Shown piece by piece: positions 58,140 to 64,000 of a stretch of 64,000 nucleotides of DNA. Source of the stretch: Hadesarchaea archaeon (lineage in GTDB: Archaea > Hadarchaeota > Hadarchaeia > Hadarchaeales > Hadarchaeaceae); NCBI GenBank assembly GCA_029259175.1, contig JAPDJH010000018.1, positions 12,104 through 76,103 of the forward strand, given 5' to 3'. Each line of letters opens with the position of its first letter. Positions within the stretch are counted from its first letter, which is position 1. The notes beneath the pieces were generated by a model. The model searched no databases and was not told the origin of the DNA. It was given only the letters and a program-made list of their open reading frames with translations. The position numbers and the translations under genes are program-made.

Positions 58140-58970
58140 TCACGTCCGTCCCGTGAGCACGCGCACCAAGCGATCCGTGGTTTCCTTCACGGCCTTGGTT
58201 TCGCGGAGATAGGAGGGCTCGGCCTTGCCTACGATCACCTCCGCGAGTTCATGAATGGCCGCGGACGCTGAACAATCGGGGTCGTAAACCACGACGGGGA
58301 CTCCTTCCAGCTCCGCTTCTTGGACTTTCGGATCTTCGGGGATCTGGGCAATAACCCCCATTCGTTCAAGCGTTCTTTTCAAGAAGTCCTCGATTTCGTC
58401 CGCCGGCACCTCGGCTCGCTTCCCGGCTCGATTGACCACCAAGCCGCGAGTCCAAGCGCCCATCACGTTGGCAAAGCGGATCACTTTGTACACATCTACG
58501 AGGCTGGTGTATGTAGGATTACAGACCGGCAGCATCTCGCGGGCTGAAGCTATGGAGAAAAGCGTCGCGTCCTGAATCCCTGCCGGCGCGTCTATCAAAA
58601 GAAAATCCGTGTCCCCCAAGATTTCTTCCACCACCCGTCTCACGCGCGCGTGATCCACACCGGACAGTGTTTCCTGCACTTCCTCAAAACGAAAACCCGT
58701 GGGTATCACGCGAACACCGTAATTCTCGTGGATCGCGTCTTCTACCTTCGCCTTGCCCTTCAGCACGTCGAGAAAACTCGTCCGGATCTGGTGAATGCCC
58801 ATTATGAGAGCCAGATTGGCCATTGCGAGATCGGCGTCGAGGATGGTGACCCGCTTTCCAAGAGTGGCGAGGGCAATTCCCAAATTGGCGCTCAAAGTGG
58901 TTTTGCCCGTTCCACCCTTCCCGGAGGTGATCGAAATCGAGCGCGGTTTTCTTCGCACCCTTGCACCCAA
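58140..58970 (-). CDS. minD: MinD family ATPase
   Basis: SGKGGTGKTT, DADLAMANL, IDAPAG and IPEDP motifs. Confidence 0.9.
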   Translation of the reverse strand: MGARVRRKPRSISITSGKGGTGKTTLSANLGIALATLGKRVTILDADLAMANLALIMGIHQIRTSFLDVLKGKAKVEDAIHENYGVRVIPTGFRFEEVQETLSGVDHARVRRVVEEILGDTDFLLIDAPAGIQDATLFSIASAREMLPVCNPTYTSLVDVYKVIRFANVMGAWTRGLVVNRAGKRAEVPADEIEDFLKRTLERMGVIAQIPEDPKVQEAELEGVPVVVYDPDCSASAAIHELAEVIVGKAEPSYLRETKAVKETTDRLVRVLTGRT

Positions 58971-59003
58971 ATTAATCCGCTAGGTGTTTTTTAAGCGGCG
59001 CGT

Positions 59004-59023
59004 TTGTTATAAATATAACAAAT
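59004..59023. promoter_or_regulatory. Palindrome copy 2, TTGTTATAAATATAACAAAT
   Basis: About 34 bp upstream of the minD start; contains a TATA-like core. Confidence 0.6.
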
Positions 59024-59346
59024 CGTGTACGCTCAGACCACGGCTTTGGAGGCCCTGTCTTCGCAGTTGGGCAGAAACCTGTGTCTGCGACCGCCATCGG
59101 TTGGCTTCACTTCCCCGCTACCCTCCACCCTCGAAGCCGAACAGTGGCAAATGAGCACCAAAAAATCGTTAACCTTGTAAGAGATATCAAGTCCAGCCAT
59201 TTTCGATCTGGCTCCACAATTTGCCAGATTTCCCCGAACTCAGAGCTTGATCCGGTCCTCACCACGCTTTCCAGATCCAATCAAGCAGTGGGTGCCTCGA
59301 ACTCTGTTCAGTCAGGTAGGCATGTCTTGCACACATCGAGCAACTA

Positions 59347-60300
59347 TTAGTGGAGACGGTTTCTGACCGGTTCCAAAATCTCTATCAAGCTCTCAGCCAC
59401 CGCCGCCTTCAGGTCGGCCGGATGGAGGGCCCCTCTGGCAAACAAATCTTTCAGCTCCTGAACGTCCGAAATCTCGAGATCGCCGCCGTACTTCGCAGGT
59501 CTCCGGACGAACAGTTTGCCTGCCTCCGGAAGGACCAAGTGCTCCGCATACTCGAGGACCGGATTGGACTCGAGCTGACGTGCTGGACAAAACGCCTTGG
59601 AGATCTTGCGCCTGATCTCCTCCGGTGAATCGTCCACCGCCACAAAGTTTCCCTTGCTCGAAGACATCTTCTCCGAACCATCCAAGCCGTGAAGTAACGG
59701 GGTGTGGATACAAACGGGCTTCTTGTAGCCTAGCGCCGGGAGCTGTTCCCGTGCAATCATGTGGACCTTTCGTTGATCCGTGCCGCCGACCGCAACATCG
59801 ACCTTCAGATACGCAATATCAACCGCCTGCATGAGCGGGTAGAGGACCTGCGCCACATCCGGGTTGTCCAAATCGCGCGCGATTTCCGCCATGGAGCGCC
59901 TCGCCCGCGCAAGAGTGGTCCGCGTGGCGAGTTGCAACACATCCCACATGAACTCGCGGGAAAGCTGGAACTCTGAACCCAGCTTGAACACAGTCCGGTG
60001 GGGATTCAGGCCGAGCGCCTCGAAGCACTGCCTGTTGTACTCTGCGAGCTCTCTCACCTGCTCCAGCGTTCCTTTTCCGTTGAGATACGCGTGCAAGTCG
60101 GCTAACAGCACAACTATTCGGCCACCTGCCTCCTGCAGATCTCGCAGTTTTCTAATAGTGATCCAGTGACCCACATGAATCCTGCCCGATGGCTCATACC
60201 CGCAATAAGCGGAAAACCGCCCGCGTGAGAGAACCGCGCGCAACTCGGGCTCGGTGACCACCTCCTGGACCCCTCGCAACACAATCCTCAACGCGTCCAT
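59347..60300 (-). CDS. tyrS: Tyrosine--tRNA ligase
   Basis: YCGYEPSG.IHVGH, ADLHA, YPLMQ..D, GG.DQRK.HM, KMSSS and HPADLK motifs. Confidence 0.96.
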   Translation of the reverse strand: MDALRIVLRGVQEVVTEPELRAVLSRGRFSAYCGYEPSGRIHVGHWITIRKLRDLQEAGGRIVVLLADLHAYLNGKGTLEQVRELAEYNRQCFEALGLNPHRTVFKLGSEFQLSREFMWDVLQLATRTTLARARRSMAEIARDLDNPDVAQVLYPLMQAVDIAYLKVDVAVGGTDQRKVHMIAREQLPALGYKKPVCIHTPLLHGLDGSEKMSSSKGNFVAVDDSPEEIRRKISKAFCPARQLESNPVLEYAEHLVLPEAGKLFVRRPAKYGGDLEISDVQELKDLFARGALHPADLKAAVAESLIEILEPVRNRLH

Positions 60301-60792
60301 CCGGCCATCCCCTATCCCCTTACCTCCCTCAATTATACGGTTTCGGGTGCTTGGGTTTCGAGCAAATCGGGCCCACTTTACGGTCTCGTTAAGTTTTTCA
60401 GCTTTACAGTCACTTTACGATTTGGTGCGGGAAAAAACGTTGTGAAGGTGCGCCCTGAGAGGTCTCTCGCCAGCCTTTTGAGCAAGCGGAAGACATTGAG
60501 AAGGAACTCGAGACTGCGGAGAGGAAAATTTCCCGTGGGCTAGGTTGAGGGGGCTGATTTTAGCAGAGCACCGGGAACGCAAAATTCTGTGAAAGGAGGT
60601 TGTATGGTGTAAAATCGGAAAATCCTCTCGCTGTGCCTGCCAATGCTCGATTGCTTGGATTTTCTTCCTTATTTGAAATTTATTTTTCACTCAAAGAAAA
60701 ACTTTTATATATCTAGGAGTGCTAAAATTTTATCGAAAGAAATGCCAAAAATATTTCATTTCAAAGGAAATAAAATTGGCAACATTAGGAGG

Positions 60793-60895
60793 AGCGGATA
60801 CCCCGTTCCGCTTTTTCTTTCCGGTGCCCCCTACGCGCCTGTAAGGAGCGGCGCCCTTACCCAGGGCGCCGCCCCCCTCCCCACGGGGCTGGCCG
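60793..60895. ncRNA. Candidate structured RNA or regulatory hairpins
   Basis: AGCGGA/TCCGCT followed by a T-tract, and GCGGCGCCCT/AGGGCGCCGC; a GC-rich island in an AT-rich spacer. Confidence 0.3.
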
Positions 60896-60943
60896 AAACG
60901 AGAACTAAGACACTGTGGTTCGGTGCGGGTTGGATCTCCGGAA

Positions 60944-60963
60944 TTGTTATAAATATAACAAAT
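60944..60963. promoter_or_regulatory. Palindrome copy 3, TTGTTATAAATATAACAAAT
   Basis: About 35 bp upstream of ATG 60998. Confidence 0.6.
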
Positions 60964-60997
60964 TTCGTCCGGTACTGGCCTGTGGGGGGTCGAGCGG

Positions 60998-63900
60998 ATG
61001 GGCGGTAGAAAAACCCGTAAAACCGGCTCGCGTGTGCGCAAGCTGCTTGCGCTCGTGATTTCGATCTTACTCCTGATGCCGGGAACACCATTCGGACCAT
61101 TTCCGGGAATGCGCAACCTCTTCGTGGCTGCGCAAGCGGGAGGAAACGAATCCTCCGAAAATTTCATTGATAATTCGTTTACCGATTTTGCCCAAGGCAC
61201 GCTGGAAAACATTAGGATCAATGTGTCCGCTGGAGCGCTCGCATTAGATATTGCCGCTGAAATGGGATGGGATTCCGTTGAAAACATCATCACCGCTCCT
61301 TACACCGGTTTCGTGGTAGCCGCAGAAAACATCCTCTCAAAGGAAAACTATCTCTTCGTTATGGGGGCCTCAGCCTCCTCCCAGACTTTCGTGAGGTACA
61401 ACCTGCGGACCGGAAGCATTGAAACTCTAAGCACGCCAACCGACACGGTCAAACCCGGATGCGCCGCCGCTTGGGACGAAAATGAGTACCTATACGTGCT
61501 GATGGGTGGAGCTGCGGACACGCCCAGAAATCTTTTCTACCGCTACAGCATCGTTGACAACACATGGGAAAATCTAACTAATGCGACAACCCCCGTCAAC
61601 CAGTCCCAAGGAGGCGCCATTGTTTACGTGAGCACCGAAGAGAACTTCTACATGTTGCTCGGAGGGGATTCCGAATCCGCCGGATATTTCCTGCGATTCG
61701 ATCCAAGCGATAACAGTTACGCGTGGCTGGCCGATCCCCCAGGAGTAGCGGAAGGAGCGCAACTCATCTGGACCGGGGGTGACAACATTTACGCCTTTTT
61801 CGGATCGTATGCCGGCGAGAACTCATCTTTCGAATTCAAGGTTTATAGTATTTCGGAGAACGTGTGGAAGGACCTCGAAAACACGCCCACTTTCCAAGAA
61901 GACAGCGCGGATGCCGTGTGGAATGGAGGAAATTACATCTACTGGGGTGGCGGCTCGGATTACGGGGATCCACGAAACGACAATTTCTATCGCTTCTCGA
62001 TCAAAGACAATTCTTGGGTTCAGGTTCTCGATCTGCCGCTCGCCGTCGGAAGCAACGTGTACGTCCACCACTTCGCCACGTGGGATGGAATAATCTACTG
62101 GTGGCAGGGCGATGCATCCACTCAAGCCAATGGGGGTGATGATCTATACCGGCTGGACGTGCAGTATCTGACGCAGGGGCGCTTCACCTCGCGGGTGTTC
62201 GACGCCGAAGACAACGTGGACTGGGAAAACATCTCTTGGAGCGCGAGCACTCCAAGCTGGACAGTTGGGGAAAACGACAACGTGGGGGCAGAGCCGGATC
62301 CGCTGGTGGACGAGAACTCGCGCGTCGGGACGATCCTCGACGGGTCCATATCGAATCTCAAGGTGCAGGACGGGGTCTACGAGAACCTTGCCGAGGCAAA
62401 CCTGGGGGTCCCGGCGTCAAGCTCGGCCTACGAGAACCACACGGACGTCGTGTACGGGGCGGCTCTGAACTCGACCGACAACCTCGACGCCGACGACGGT
62501 GAGAACTACCAGGTCGACGCTGAAAGCGCTGTTCTCTACCAGAGCGAGACCGATTACGAAAACTACACGCTGGTGGAGAACGGGACCGAGGTCAGCGGAA
62601 CCTCGACGGACTCCATGGACACTGACGATGACACCTATTACGAGGTGGACTCGGAAGGAGTGTGGTACTATGGGGAGAACGAGCCACAGAATTCCACAAC
62701 GAGCACTGCATTCGTGACGGCTGAGAACCTGACCTTCACCCCCTCGGACATCGAGAACTACCTAATCATGGCAACGGCCATCATCGCTCACGATGATGCG
62801 TACGGTGATGATAGGGTTGAAGCCAGGCTGGTGGGTGATGGAGTGGTCCTGGGCGAGGGATGGGCGACCCCGAACACGGACGCCGCGGGCACCCCGGCGG
62901 AAAACTACGCTTTCGCCACCCACAAGATCCTAGAGCTCGATGCGAGCACCCACGAATTCCTCCTGCAGTATAGGACTGAAAGCGGCGACACGGCCTTCAT
63001 AGAGAACGCGCGAGTGCTTGTCATCCCGGTCCAGAATTTCTGGGAGAATTCGGACGAAGCGCAGAGCAAGACCGACCTGGCCGACTGGCAGACCAAGGTG
63101 AGCCTGACCACGCCCTCGCTGGACTCGGACAACTACCTACTGATCGCCACCGCGGAGTACACCAACGACGGAGACGCCGGAACGAATGAAACCTACAACA
63201 CCTACGTCAAGGTCACCTGGAATGGGGAGAATTTGACGCGCGGGCGGTTCGGGGGAGCGAGGGACGTGATCGAACCCCTAGTCTGGAACAACTTCGCGAC
63301 CTTCGAGGTGCTCGAGCTGAGCGGGACGCACACCTTCGCCATCGAGTACCACGCGCAGGGGACAGGGGACAACGCTTACATCGAGAACGCCCGGATAACT
63401 CTGATCAGGTTAAGTAACTGGGGTGGTTCCCACTACTATGCGGACAACGAAACCGGAGGAGTGATCGACTCGGCAACTTATGAGAACGTGGTTCAGCTCA
63501 CCCTCTCCTCAAACGGAGAAAACTGGTTGCTGATGGCCACTGCAGTCGTGAGCACAGATGCCGCGGACGGTGACGTCTCAACACGCCTGCTGCTGGACGG
63601 GGAGGTGCTGGCGACACAGGATGTCTCCTCCGGCGACTCCGACGATGAGGACTGGTCGTTCTTCGTGCTCGAGCAGCGGGCCCTCCCGAGCGGCACCTAC
63701 ACGCTCACACTCCAGCAAAAGGGAGGAACAGTCGCCGGAGCCACCTATATAGAGAACGCGAGAGTGCTGGCGGTGCCCCTGACCAGCGCCGGTCCTCCGT
63801 ACTCCATCGACCTCCGCTTCGATTCGAGCCAGGTGAGTGCACCCGAGGCCGATATCGACAACCTGCGCTTGGCCATCAACTTCAAGTCGACCGCCACCGT

Positions 63901-64000
63901 GACCTACACGTGGCAGATCTGGAACTGGGATGCCCAGGAGTGGCGGACGCTGGACTCGGGAGAGGTGGGGACGACCGAGGTGACGTGGGAGAATGTCATC
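60998..64000 (+). CDS. Large secreted acidic surface protein with a Kelch-like propeller and internal repeats (runs off the window end)
   Basis: Read by hand as 1001 open codons: basic plus hydrophobic signal peptide, Kelch-like YVLMGG...FYRYS...DNTW units, and three ~125-aa repeats ending (F/Y)IENAR. Absent from the ORF track because it has no stop. Confidence 0.85.
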   Translation, partial: MGGRKTRKTGSRVRKLLALVISILLLMPGTPFGPFPGMRNLFVAAQAGGNESSENFIDNSFTDFAQGTLENIRINVSAGALALDIAAEMGWDSVENIITAPYTGFVVAAENILSKENYLFVMGASASSQTFVRYNLRTGSIETLSTPTDTVKPGCAAAWDENEYLYVLMGGAADTPRNLFYRYSIVDNTWENLTNATTPVNQSQGGAIVYVSTEENFYMLLGGDSESAGYFLRFDPSDNSYAWLADPPGVAEGAQLIWTGGDNIYAFFGSYAGENSSFEFKVYSISENVWKDLENTPTFQEDSADAVWNGGNYIYWGGGSDYGDPRNDNFYRFSIKDNSWVQVLDLPLAVGSNVYVHHFATWDGIIYWWQGDASTQANGGDDLYRLDVQYLTQGRFTSRVFDAEDNVDWENISWSASTPSWTVGENDNVGAEPDPLVDENSRVGTILDGSISNLKVQDGVYENLAEANLGVPASSSAYENHTDVVYGAALNSTDNLDADDGENYQVDAESAVLYQSETDYENYTLVENGTEVSGTSTDSMDTDDDTYYEVDSEGVWYYGENEPQNSTTSTAFVTAENLTFTPSDIENYLIMATAIIAHDDAYGDDRVEARLVGDGVVLGEGWATPNTDAAGTPAENYAFATHKILELDASTHEFLLQYRTESGDTAFIENARVLVIPVQNFWENSDEAQSKTDLADWQTKVSLTTPSLDSDNYLLIATAEYTNDGDAGTNETYNTYVKVTWNGENLTRGRFGGARDVIEPLVWNNFATFEVLELSGTHTFAIEYHAQGTGDNAYIENARITLIRLSNWGGSHYYADNETGGVIDSATYENVVQLTLSSNGENWLLMATAVVSTDAADGDVSTRLLLDGEVLATQDVSSGDSDDEDWSFFVLEQRALPSGTYTLTLQQKGGTVAGATYIENARVLAVPLTSAGPPYSIDLRFDSSQVSAPEADIDNLRLAINFKSTATVTYTWQIWNWDAQEWRTLDSGEVGTTEVTWENVI

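Noticed and set aside
59040-59346. Small ORFs between minD and tyrS
   Set aside because: No recognisable motifs or convincing start signals.
60600-60800. Replication origin call
   Set aside because: AT-rich, but no ORB consensus or adjacent cdc6/orc1 gene. Kept only as a hypothesis.

Overview
Archaeal chromosomal segment, gene-dense and mostly housekeeping. Archaeal markers include rpl21e, rpoF, SRP54, archaeal DnaG, TFB, Hef, TyrRS and an intron-containing tRNA-Trp. A Hadarchaeota-like source is my impression only and is not established. Core content: a Mo/W-cofactor and AOR cluster, a sugar-nucleotide cluster, the LplAB-LipS1/S2 lipoate pathway and two MinD paralogs. Accessory or unusual content: (1) a 1177-bp TnpB-only element with a rearranged RuvC-II site, bounded by 14-bp perfect terminal inverted repeats and a 9-bp target-site duplication. 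These are DDE-transposon hallmarks that IS200/605/607 elements lack. A second, orphan copy of its right end is fused to an IS1634-like transposase remnant. (2) A ~7-kb defence island (TA modules, HEPN protein, type II R-M) at tRNA-Trp with four decayed att-like scars. (3) A four-gene membrane operon (two Zn-ribbon/TM/OB-fold proteins, a TctA/DUF112 permease and a membrane hydrolase) that is a candidate DNA-uptake system. (4) A TrkH with an inserted lamin-tail-like domain. (5) Three identical 20-bp palindromes within 9 kb. (6) A giant secreted protein with strong Glu-Asn dipeptide enrichment. All calls come from manual motif reading; no database searches were run.
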